From contig JBGTMQ010000012.1 in NCBI GenBank assembly GCA_041743505.1, positions 1 through 63,972 of the forward strand: DNA of 63,972 bases. Reading direction: 5' to 3'. Positions within the stretch are counted from its first letter, which is position 1. Each line of letters begins with the position of its first letter. A program made the position numbers and the translations under genes. The stretch comes from Candidatus Saccharimonadia bacterium (lineage in GTDB: Bacteria; Patescibacteriota; Saccharimonadia; UBA4664). Positions 17,259 through 27,251 of this stretch are shown piece after piece. Under the pieces are notes generated by a model, which worked only from the letters and a program-made list of their open reading frames with translations, was not told the DNA's origin and searched no databases.

Positions 17259-17639
17259 ATGGCCGATACCAAGACTGTTTTTATAGCATTTGCAAAAGAG
17301 GATGAAGGTACCCGCAATCTGTTTACTGGACAGCGTGTTCACACAAGGACACCGTTTGAGTTTATCGACATGTCCGTCAAGGAGCCTTACGCTACCGAGT
17401 GGAAAGAGCGAGTTACGACTCGGATTCGGCGAAGCTATGGTGTAATTGCGCTTATCTCATCATCGACACCCAGGGCAACAGGCCAGTTATGGGAAATTAG
17501 TACGGCAGTGGCCGAAGGTAAACCCGTGCTAGGCGTATGGATTGAAGACGGCTATCGCACCAAACCCGCCGAAATGGGCGGCAAGCCGTGTGTCGTCTGG
17601 AGCTGGGATGCGATATCGAACTTCATTGATTCGTTGTAA
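17259..17639 (+). CDS. TIR-like protein (ThsB / MTH538-DUF1863 type)
   Basis: 126 aa. TVFIAFAKEDE...SYGVIALISSSTPRATGQLWEISTAVAEGKPVLGVWI parallels the ThsB pattern RVFFSFHYQD...VTCVLIGSQT..RRWVRYEI..S...GNKIIGIHI, including the conserved Glu in W/Y-E-I. Confidence 0.7.
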   Translation: MADTKTVFIAFAKEDEGTRNLFTGQRVHTRTPFEFIDMSVKEPYATEWKERVTTRIRRSYGVIALISSSTPRATGQLWEISTAVAEGKPVLGVWIEDGYRTKPAEMGGKPCVVWSWDAISNFIDSL

Positions 17640-17644
17640 CCATC

Positions 17645-18133
17645 ATGGCGGATAATACCAAGCTAGAAATCTATAAAATGGCCGCCGAGATGGCCGACAG
17701 GGTTTCTGCTAGGCGTATGCTGGCGAACGGCTTTTTCCTGACGCTGCACACTACTCTGGCAGGTATTTTAGGCATCATGTATGACAAGTTGGCCGAAGAT
17801 AAGCGTGCCGTGCTCCTGTTTATGTCTGTTGTAGGCATCGTGCTGGCTGCTTCATGGTTTTTCAACATCCGGTCGTACAAGCGGTTGAACAAGGCAAAAT
17901 ACGAAGTCATCAACGAGATGGAGAAAGATTTACCCTACCAGAACTTCACCGATGAGTGGGAGCGTCTCAAAGTTGACAACGAAGAAGAAACAACAGGCAT
18001 GCGTAAGCGGTGGAAGAAGTGGAAAGACCGCTATACTGACCTCACCAATGTCGAAGGCACCGTACCCATCGTATTCGCCCTTATTAACATTTTTATCTTC
18101 GTCGGGGCGTTATTTAAGATTATAATTAAGTGA
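17645..18133 (+). CDS. small 3-TM membrane protein (SLATT-like effector candidate)
   Basis: 162 aa. Amphipathic N-terminal helix; TM1 FFLTLHTTLAGILGIMY; TM2 LLFMSVVGIVLAASWFF followed by a charged helix (RSYKRLNKAKYEVINEMEKDL); C-terminal TM VPIVFALINIFIFVGALFKIII. Starts 5 nt after the TIR-like stop codon. Confidence 0.6.
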   Translation: MADNTKLEIYKMAAEMADRVSARRMLANGFFLTLHTTLAGILGIMYDKLAEDKRAVLLFMSVVGIVLAASWFFNIRSYKRLNKAKYEVINEMEKDLPYQNFTDEWERLKVDNEEETTGMRKRWKKWKDRYTDLTNVEGTVPIVFALINIFIFVGALFKIIIK

Positions 18134-18134
18134 T

Positions 18135-18833
18135 ATGGCGACAGACAAAAACTACATAACCAAGGTTGCGAACAATATTAGGGCGAAATTTACGGCCGGC
18201 CAGCTACCGTCAGATGGGCTGGAAATGCTATTCAATAGCTATGCCGTGCTAGCATTATCTAAAGGTGAATCCGTCACTAGTCGGGACGTGCATGACGCCT
18301 GGTCAGCTTGGGCGACCGAATACGACCCGGATAATAATTCCCTCACGCCTTTTGATGAATTGTCCGAAGGCACCAAGGCTCAAGACGACAAGTTTGTTGA
18401 TGCCATTAGGAAGACAGTGGCCGAAATGGGCCTCAAAACTACAGCTAAGATTAGGCTTAGCGTGGGTGCCGAAACATCTGAAACAGAAATGACTGCCGTG
18501 CGTGAGGCGTTTGAATCGACCGACTTTGAGCTTGATTTAAGTGCTGGCCTTGTCAGGGCGTCTGCCGACGAGCTTCCAATGTATGTGGCAATAATTGCTC
18601 AAGGACTTGCGACGAATGCCTTATGGGATCTAATCAAACTCCCAGTCCATAAGGTATTCCAAGATACTCGCATCAACAGGCCTCGCTCGACCGAGGTTAT
18701 TGTTCGGCGAAAGAAATACGAAGCGTTTATCAGTAAGGACAAGTTCCGTGTCAGGGTTTCTACCGAAGATTATGCGTTTCCTGACCTCGATTCGCTGATC
18801 AAATATGTTCAGAATAACAATTTAGATGACTAG
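18135..18833 (+). CDS. hypothetical protein, third gene of the TIR-like operon
   Basis: 232 aa; ATG lies 1 nt after the preceding stop codon. The N-terminal VHDAWSAWATEYDPDNNSLTPFDELSEGTKAQDDKF is reminiscent of the bacterial RyR-domain motif (weak, by eye). Confidence 0.55.
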   Translation: MATDKNYITKVANNIRAKFTAGQLPSDGLEMLFNSYAVLALSKGESVTSRDVHDAWSAWATEYDPDNNSLTPFDELSEGTKAQDDKFVDAIRKTVAEMGLKTTAKIRLSVGAETSETEMTAVREAFESTDFELDLSAGLVRASADELPMYVAIIAQGLATNALWDLIKLPVHKVFQDTRINRPRSTEVIVRRKKYEAFISKDKFRVRVSTEDYAFPDLDSLIKYVQNNNLDD

Positions 18834-18958
18834 ACAAGTCCGTCACATCTCCTGTGCAGGCATTGAATGCGTTAAGCGTGGCTTACTTACTAGCTTCAAG
18901 ACTCGCTACCGGAATAATTTAATCGTCTGTCATTTATTGATTAGATATAATTCTTAGC

Positions 18959-19615
18959 ATGGGTAAGTTGATCAACATCCTACTTAACCGCGATGGAGTT
19001 GTATACCGTTTTGGACGGGTTGTTTTTAATGATGTGGGCGACATCTACTACAATTTTGGCACCAAATACGCCCAGAAGTTGAACTATCATGATTCATACC
19101 ACGCCTCAAACGAGGTGCATCAAGGGCGGCAACGGGGCGATGCGGGGATGGTATCTCAGTTCATCCCGCCAGAGCAAATCACTGCACCTATTCAATTCGG
19201 TTCAACAATTGGACGATTTGAGGATTTTCGCCAATTCAATGGAGCGATTAGTCGTCGAGATGTGCTCCTCAGTAACCCCGAGAGGGTGACTCACCCAGTC
19301 TTAGGGGTTTATCTTGAACCAGCTCGCACACTTATGGTTCGAAGAGCATATGGCTACCTTCCCCCGTTAGAGGCCGAGGTGCTTGCAATTCATACTCGCC
19401 GTCTTACCCCTCTTTTGGATGTAACAGTGGTACACGTCTCAGTTGCATCGACTTTCGGTGGCATTATTGATTTTGACAGGAGATTTACAAGTAAGACTTT
19501 AAAGGATTACTACAAAGGAGTTGGGGGATGGGCGCTGGCTGCCGCGCCCGACTTCAGAATAAGCGTTGAGGCCCATTCTGGTCGACTTCAAGACGTTCCA
19601 AGGCCGCGAGAGTAA
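18959..19615 (+). CDS. hypothetical protein
   Basis: 218-aa ORF. TATAAT at 18943-18948 lies only about 10 nt before the ATG and there is no obvious RBS, suggesting a leaderless-type start. No recognisable motif. Confidence 0.5.
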   Translation: MGKLINILLNRDGVVYRFGRVVFNDVGDIYYNFGTKYAQKLNYHDSYHASNEVHQGRQRGDAGMVSQFIPPEQITAPIQFGSTIGRFEDFRQFNGAISRRDVLLSNPERVTHPVLGVYLEPARTLMVRRAYGYLPPLEAEVLAIHTRRLTPLLDVTVVHVSVASTFGGIIDFDRRFTSKTLKDYYKGVGGWALAAAPDFRISVEAHSGRLQDVPRPRE

Positions 19616-19652
19616 TGATGGAACTTAAGCTTGATAAGTAGTTCCTTACCCA

Positions 19653-20849
19653 TTAATCCCCGAAAAAGGCCTCGGCAAGGAGCGATTGCTTGAGATCGTC
19701 AAGGACAGCAAGTTTTTGCCGGTAGACGCGAGACAGCGCCTGCGTTGATTGTTTCAATTCATCAAATTTTTCCACAAGCTTCTGTTGTTCGGCTAGAGGA
19801 GGAGTGGGGATAGGATAATTTTTTAACTTCGACCCGTTAATATTAGCTTGGTGAACACTCGAGCTCATAACTGTTTTTCCATAGCTTCTTGCGAAGGTGC
19901 TATTCAGGTAATAATTAAGATAATCAGCATTTAGCACTGCCTTCTTTCGCCTTATTCGAATCAAATAGCCGGCGAAGATTGCTGGCATATCGTTTTTATA
20001 GATCGCAGTTTTACCTACTAGCTCGGCGCTATTTGTTCGATTAAATAGTACGTCATCATGGTTAAGTGAATATTTATTAATCTCTCGTTCATCATTTGTA
20101 TAGACAAGATTGCTCCAATCGATTGCTCCGTTTTGGACATTGCCCATTCTCAGTACTGGAACCCTTCCCGTTTCGACTGATTTTGTCGATGAGCCATAGT
20201 CAACACCTTCACAAAGTTCACCTAGCTTTGTCATCTCCCAGCCTTGCTCCATAAGCGAATTCTCTACATTTCGCTCTAAAATCTTTTGTGAGTTGCTAAG
20301 CTGTTTTTCAACGTTAGCTCTGGCGGCGGCGATGGCGGCGAAGACTTTATCTAGGATGCCGGCAATGCGTTGCTGCTCAGAGGTTGACGTAGGATATTGG
20401 ATTGTAAAATTATTTGCCAAAACCGAGCGTGCAAGCTCTGTTTGTCCGCTTGTTCCCTCCCCAGCCTGCTTGATTTGGTCTTCGATGCCTATTAGAAGGT
20501 AGCCAAAGTAATCAGGGTGGAATTTTTCTTGTTTTGGCCGCGCGATGGTTACATGAGAGTCTACAGTTGCGGGTTCAGAAGAAGCACTTCGTAGTTGTGC
20601 GACTCGGCCGAGCGTGCCCGTACCTGTGGAGTTTATCAGGACATCACCTGCTCTCAGGAGCCGCTCTTCACTTACTTTTTTTACGTGACTATCGTGGCGA
20701 CGCGCAAATGTAAAATCCACCTTGTGATCACGCACACACTTTTGGTTTAGGACTTGGATGCCGCCTGATTCGAGGTATTTAGGCGAGATGCCACGATTTA
20801 ATAACTCGCAGGCTTCGCCTAGCGTAGAGGTCTCCCAGCCCGCCTTCAT
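19653..20849 (-). CDS. hsdS: type I restriction-modification specificity subunit
   Basis: 398 aa with two target-recognition-domain halves, each followed by a conserved helical spacer (EQQRIAGILDKVFAAI / EQQKLVEKFDEL). 4-nt overlap with hsdM. Confidence 0.85.
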   Translation of the reverse strand: MKAGWETSTLGEACELLNRGISPKYLESGGIQVLNQKCVRDHKVDFTFARRHDSHVKKVSEERLLRAGDVLINSTGTGTLGRVAQLRSASSEPATVDSHVTIARPKQEKFHPDYFGYLLIGIEDQIKQAGEGTSGQTELARSVLANNFTIQYPTSTSEQQRIAGILDKVFAAIAAARANVEKQLSNSQKILERNVENSLMEQGWEMTKLGELCEGVDYGSSTKSVETGRVPVLRMGNVQNGAIDWSNLVYTNDEREINKYSLNHDDVLFNRTNSAELVGKTAIYKNDMPAIFAGYLIRIRRKKAVLNADYLNYYLNSTFARSYGKTVMSSSVHQANINGSKLKNYPIPTPPLAEQQKLVEKFDELKQSTQALSRVYRQKLAVLDDLKQSLLAEAFFGD

Positions 20850-22330
20850 AGTAGCTTGCGAATTGATTGGAGGATTTTAGCGCTCTCGGCATCAAGAGCA
20901 GCGATTTCGTCGAGGATTTCTTCGGGGGTGCGGTGAGGCGCGGCTTCGGGGGCGTGGGGGTTTTTGACGGAGAGGTCGAAGGTGGTTTGGCTGATGTCGT
21001 CGACGTTGATCGCCCAGCTTTTGTCGGAGTCGGCCTTGGTTTTTTCGAGTTCGACGAACTCGGCCATGTCCTGCTCGCTGAGCGGGTTGGTTTTGCCGAG
21101 GTTGCGGCCGGGGTTGAGCTGGTAGTACCAGATTTGATTGGTGGGGGCTCCTTTGTCGAAGAAGAGGACCACAGTTTTGACGCCGGCGCCCTGAAAGGTG
21201 CCGCTGGGCATATCGAGAATAGTGTGGAGATTGGCACTTTCGAGGAGGAGTTTGCGCAAGGAGACGGAGGCGTTGTCGGTGTTGGAGAGAAAGGTGTTCT
21301 TGATGACGATACCGGCGCGGCCGGGGGCGCGGAGGATTTTGAGGAAGTGCTGCAGGAAGAGGAAGGCGGTTTCGCCGGTTTTGATCGGGAAGTTTTGCTG
21401 GATTTCGGAGCGGATTTTGCCGCCGAAGGGCGGATTGGCCAGCACGATGTCGTAGCGGTCTTTTTCTTCGATATCGGCGATGGGTTCGGATAGTGTGTTC
21501 ATGTGCCGGAGGTTGGGGGCTTCGATGCCATGGAGGATCATGTTCATGGTGCCGATGACGTAGGCCAGGGATTTGAGCTCTTTGCCATAGAAGGTGTACT
21601 TTTGGAGGGTTTCGACGTCGTGGGTAGAGAGCTTTTGGGGGTCGTCGCCGCGTATGTAATCGAAGGCTTCGCACAAGAAACCGGCTGAGCCGACGGCGCC
21701 ATCGTAGACGGTTTCGCCGATGCGGGGGTTTACCACTTGGATAACGGCTTTGATGAGTGGGCGCGGGGTGTAGTATTCTCCCCCGTTGCGGCCGGCGTTG
21801 CCCATGTTTTTGATCTTGGCCTCATAGAGGTGGGACAGTTCGTGTTTTTCGGCTTGGCTGCGGAAGCGCAGACTATCAACGATGTCGATGACGTCGCGGA
21901 TGACATAACCGCTCTGGATTTTGTTGCGCAGCTCGCTGAAGATTTCGCCGATTTTGTACTCGATGGTGTCCGGGTGTTCGGTGACAAGCTTGTATTTGGC
22001 GAGGTATGGGAAGAGATCATTGTTGACGAAATCGCGCAGGTCGTCGCCGTTTAGGGCAATATTGTGGTCAAGTTTACCGTCGGCGGTTTTAGGTGAGGCC
22101 CAGGTGGTCCAGCGATGGGCTTCATCAAGGATGTAGGCGTAGGGTCGGTCGGCCAGGGCGGCTTCGGTTTTCTTGTCTTCCTCGAGATCATTGAGGTACT
22201 TAAGGAAGAGGATCCAGGAGGTTTGTTCGACGTAATCGAGTTCGTTGCTGACACCGGCGTCTTTCCAGAGGGTGTTGTCGATGTTTTTGAAAGCTTGCTC
22301 GAAGTTGGCAGGTTTGGTGGTGTCTGGCAT
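20846..22330 (-). CDS. hsdM: type I restriction-modification N6-adenine DNA methyltransferase subunit
   Basis: 494 aa. N-terminal HsdM domain (LWKDAG..DYVEQTSWILFLKYL), GEYYTPR, motif I DGAVGSAGFL, motif IV NPPFGG. Confidence 0.9.
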   Translation of the reverse strand: MPDTTKPANFEQAFKNIDNTLWKDAGVSNELDYVEQTSWILFLKYLNDLEEDKKTEAALADRPYAYILDEAHRWTTWASPKTADGKLDHNIALNGDDLRDFVNNDLFPYLAKYKLVTEHPDTIEYKIGEIFSELRNKIQSGYVIRDVIDIVDSLRFRSQAEKHELSHLYEAKIKNMGNAGRNGGEYYTPRPLIKAVIQVVNPRIGETVYDGAVGSAGFLCEAFDYIRGDDPQKLSTHDVETLQKYTFYGKELKSLAYVIGTMNMILHGIEAPNLRHMNTLSEPIADIEEKDRYDIVLANPPFGGKIRSEIQQNFPIKTGETAFLFLQHFLKILRAPGRAGIVIKNTFLSNTDNASVSLRKLLLESANLHTILDMPSGTFQGAGVKTVVLFFDKGAPTNQIWYYQLNPGRNLGKTNPLSEQDMAEFVELEKTKADSDKSWAINVDDISQTTFDLSVKNPHAPEAAPHRTPEEILDEIAALDAESAKILQSIRKLL

Positions 22331-22418
22331 ATGAGTAATTTTACGCTGTCAGCGGAATTATTGAAAATTAGGGAGATGTTTTGTTCTCTTTTTGTTCGGT
22401 TTATGATATTCTTTGCCT

Positions 22419-22814
22419 ATGGTGAAAGACTTCGATAGGTGGAATCGCTATAAGCAGTTGCTAGATGCTACTCAGGCCAATGTTTACTATCGGACGAGAG
22501 AAGTATGGTGGTGCTCCATTGGCGTAAATATCGGACGAGAGCAAGACGGTCATCATGAACGGTTTGAACGTCCAGTACTGGTATTGCGGCGATTTAACAG
22601 CGGTCTCTTTTGGGGCGTCCCTATATCAACAAAACTTAAACCTACCAACCCGTACTATTTAGCTTTCAAACACGAAGATGAATTATATTCGGCGATTATC
22701 TCGCAAATGCGGATATTTGATACTCGGCGTCTTGTCCGAAAACTATATACCCTTGATCAATTTAATTATGCCAAGATTAAATCTAACGTTATCCGTGAGC
22801 TAGCAATAGCCTGA
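22419..22814 (+). CDS. MazF/PemK-family toxin-like protein
   Basis: 131 aa from ATG 22419. REVWWCSIGVNIGREQDGHHERFERPVLVL matches the PemK/MazF N-terminal pattern (GEIWWV.LG.N.GSEQ.G..RPVLIL). No antitoxin-sized ORF upstream. Confidence 0.65.
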   Translation: MVKDFDRWNRYKQLLDATQANVYYRTREVWWCSIGVNIGREQDGHHERFERPVLVLRRFNSGLFWGVPISTKLKPTNPYYLAFKHEDELYSAIISQMRIFDTRRLVRKLYTLDQFNYAKIKSNVIRELAIA

Positions 22815-22822
22815 AATAAAAC

Positions 22823-22842
22823 GGACTCCCGATGGGGAGTCC
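22823..22842. terminator. hairpin between convergent MazF-like gene and ligA
   Basis: Stem GGACTCCC / GGGAGTCC, followed on the minus strand by GUUUUAUUU (terminator for ligA). Confidence 0.5.
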
Positions 22843-22886
22843 TCGGAGCCCTGAGGCGATTGTAAGTAGATTATAGCAAATGTCAT

Positions 22887-24908
<2,022 letters not shown>

Positions 24909-25700
24909 CTAGGTGGCCTCGGGTTGGGTGTCTTGTCTGGCCTTTAGTTCGCGGTAGAGCCGGAGGAGGTAGAGATTGACCAATGGCAGGGTGATGAGGC
25001 CGAGAATGATCTGGTAGAGGCTGTTAAGCGCGTTGATGTCGCGGTAGACCAAGCCTAATAGCAGCGCCGGCAGATAAGCTAGGGCAGTGGCGACGATAAG
25101 TATGAGCAAAAGGAAGGCGAAGCGGCCAAGCAGGCTCCAAAACCGGCCTTTCGTCAGCCGCCAGCTATATCGAAGTGACTGAATGGGCGCCAAACCGTCT
25201 TCGACGACGATGTAGGTACTGAAGCCGAACCGGATGAATAGCCAGAGACTTGGCGCAGCCAGGACCATCGAAACCACGGCGAACAATAGAACCTCGGCTA
25301 TCGCCGGTGACGTGCCGGGGATAGCCGAGAGAGCCATCAGTAAGAGCGTGGCCCCAAAAGCAGCCGGCGCCAACACTACTAAGAGGCCGAGGCTGGCCAG
25401 TAGAAACCGGAGTACAGCGCCCGAGCCTTTGTAGTAGGCTTGGCGGATACTGGGCAGGCGCTGGCCATTCAGGGCGGCTATAGTCATATAAATTAGTGCC
25501 ACATTCATAAAGATTGCGGCAAAAAAGCTGTAGGCGCTAAACCCGCTATCGTTGGCGAGATCGTCAAAGAGCTTTAGCACGTTGGTTGGAATAGCTACGA
25601 TGGCGACCAGCAGAAGGTAAGGCCACCAGTGGGCGCGAAAGTCGCGGATAGCAGCTATAAAGAGTGCCCAAGGGCCGATGAGTGACGGTTTGCGGGTCAT
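24909..25700 (-). CDS. polytopic membrane protein, function unknown
   Basis: 263 aa with about 6 TM helices. Tightly packed between htpX (4-nt overlap) and ligA. Confidence 0.6.
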   Translation of the reverse strand: MTRKPSLIGPWALFIAAIRDFRAHWWPYLLLVAIVAIPTNVLKLFDDLANDSGFSAYSFFAAIFMNVALIYMTIAALNGQRLPSIRQAYYKGSGAVLRFLLASLGLLVVLAPAAFGATLLLMALSAIPGTSPAIAEVLLFAVVSMVLAAPSLWLFIRFGFSTYIVVEDGLAPIQSLRYSWRLTKGRFWSLLGRFAFLLLILIVATALAYLPALLLGLVYRDINALNSLYQIILGLITLPLVNLYLLRLYRELKARQDTQPEAT

Positions 25701-26596
25701 GCCTTGCCAGCCATTTCATGCAAGCGGCGGATGCGCTCCTCGACGGGCGGGTGGGTGCTGAGCAGCTTGGCTAAGGCGCGACCAAAGCTGCGGGACTGGC
25801 CTTTGAGCGGGTTGGAGATGTAGAGCGGTGCGGTAGCTGAATCGGCGCGCTGGAGGCCGCGGGGATCCTGGGAGATTTTGGCCAGGGCGCGGGCCAGGCC
25901 GTCGGGGTAGCGGGTTAAGAGCGCGCCCGAGGCATCAGCCAGATACTCGCGGCGGCGGGAGATGGCCAGCTGCACCAGCATGGCCACGAATGGCGCAAGC
26001 AGGGCGCCGACGATGCCCAGGATGATCATGAGCGGATTGGTGTTACCACCTTCTTCGCCGTCGCCGCCCCAGAAGCTGAGGTGGAGGAACAGGTCGGCGA
26101 TGAGTGAGATGACGGAAACTAAGGCGACCACGAGGGCCATGAAGCGAATATCATAATTGCCGACGTGGCTGAGTTCGTGGGCGATAACTCCCTCCAGCTC
26201 GGCCTTGTCCAGGATCTCGAGGATGCCGGTGGTGACGGCGACGACGGCGTGCCCCGGATCACGGCCGGTGGCGAAGGCGTTGGGTGACGGGTCGTCGATG
26301 ATGTAGACCTTGGGCATGGGCAGACCGCCAGCGATGCTGAGGTTTTCGACGATGCGGTAAAGCTCCGGCGCGTCTTTTTTCTCGATGGGCCGGGCGCCGC
26401 TCATGGCTAGGGCGATCTTGGCCGAGGCAAAGTACGAGATGGCGGCATAGACAATGGCAAAGACTAAGGCCGGGATGAAGAAGCCCGGCCGGCCGAAGGC
26501 GTGACTGAGAATATAGGCAACCAGGCCAACGAAGACCACGAACCCAATCAGCAGGAAGAAACTACGGCGTTTATTGGCCGCGATCTGGCTGTACAT
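25697..26596 (-). CDS. htpX: M48-family zinc metalloprotease HtpX
   Basis: 299 aa. HELSHVGNYD (HExxH), TM helices flanking the protease domain, C-terminal THPPVEERI. Confidence 0.9.
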   Translation of the reverse strand: MYSQIAANKRRSFFLLIGFVVFVGLVAYILSHAFGRPGFFIPALVFAIVYAAISYFASAKIALAMSGARPIEKKDAPELYRIVENLSIAGGLPMPKVYIIDDPSPNAFATGRDPGHAVVAVTTGILEILDKAELEGVIAHELSHVGNYDIRFMALVVALVSVISLIADLFLHLSFWGGDGEEGGNTNPLMIILGIVGALLAPFVAMLVQLAISRRREYLADASGALLTRYPDGLARALAKISQDPRGLQRADSATAPLYISNPLKGQSRSFGRALAKLLSTHPPVEERIRRLHEMAGKA

Positions 26597-27245
26597 GGAT
26601 CGTGCGTGGCTCCTGCGGGTTACTGGTGGGTTGGTATGAGGCGGTAGCCGGCTGTGGCGTTGACGGGGCGGCCGCTTGTGGGGCCGACGATGGGGCGGAC
26701 TCGCCGGCTATCACGGGGATAGATTCGGGCGGCGCCGTGTTAGACGGAGACTGAGGTGGAGACTGGGCCGGAGCCAGGGCGGCAGCCGGGGGCGGCATCG
26801 GTACGGGAGCTGCTACCGGCGGGAATTCGGTGCTGGTGGTGCTGGCTTCTTCGCCCTCGTTGGGCAAATCGGCGGTGATGCCCGGGGCCAGGGGAAGCGG
26901 GTTCGGGGTGGTTACTTGCTCGTCGAATTTGTCTGAGTTTAAGCGGTCGGTCAGCTTGTAGAGGGCGGTGCGGGCATCGGAGGTATCGAGAGCCGGGTAA
27001 ACGCGCTCGACGAGCTCCATGGCCGCGGCCAGACGCAGGGCTACCGGCAGGCGGGTCTTGGAACCATTGAGCAGGTCGATGGCGACGGCGCCAGCAAGCT
27101 CTACCATGAGCACCCGCAGGTGCTGGCTGAGGCCCGTTTGCTCGGTGCCTGGCAGTTGCTCGGCGACCTTAACGATGTGTGGACCTAGCTCAATAGCTCC
27201 TTGCCAGCTGTGGGTTTGCTGATAATCTGACAGCGACATAGGCAT
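26571..27245 (-). CDS. hypothetical protein with four-helix-bundle-like N-terminus and Pro-rich tail
   Basis: 224 aa. WQGAIELGPHIVKVAEQLPGTEQTGLSQHLRVLMVELAGAVAIDL resembles 23S-IVS-type four-helix-bundle proteins. The C-terminus is a low-complexity Pro/Ala/Ser stretch. Confidence 0.5.
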   Translation of the reverse strand: MPMSLSDYQQTHSWQGAIELGPHIVKVAEQLPGTEQTGLSQHLRVLMVELAGAVAIDLLNGSKTRLPVALRLAAAMELVERVYPALDTSDARTALYKLTDRLNSDKFDEQVTTPNPLPLAPGITADLPNEGEEASTTSTEFPPVAAPVPMPPPAAALAPAQSPPQSPSNTAPPESIPVIAGESAPSSAPQAAAPSTPQPATASYQPTSNPQEPRTIHVQPDRGQ

Positions 27246-27251
27246 TTTCCT

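Noticed and set aside
17187-17342. N-terminal 52-aa extension of hsdR given by the ORF track
   Set aside because: The extension (MNTLSSKQIAGTFILFCKCYK...) overlaps the TIR-like gene and its promoter. ATG 17186 gives the canonical HsdR N-terminus MNEADTRAEL.
20892-21674. 260-aa Arg/Pro-rich ORF, plus 20867..21493, 20779..21237 and others, overlapping hsdM
   Set aside because: These are alternative-frame or antisense shadow ORFs inside a well-supported GC-rich gene. Their low-complexity R/P/G composition is typical of out-of-frame translation.
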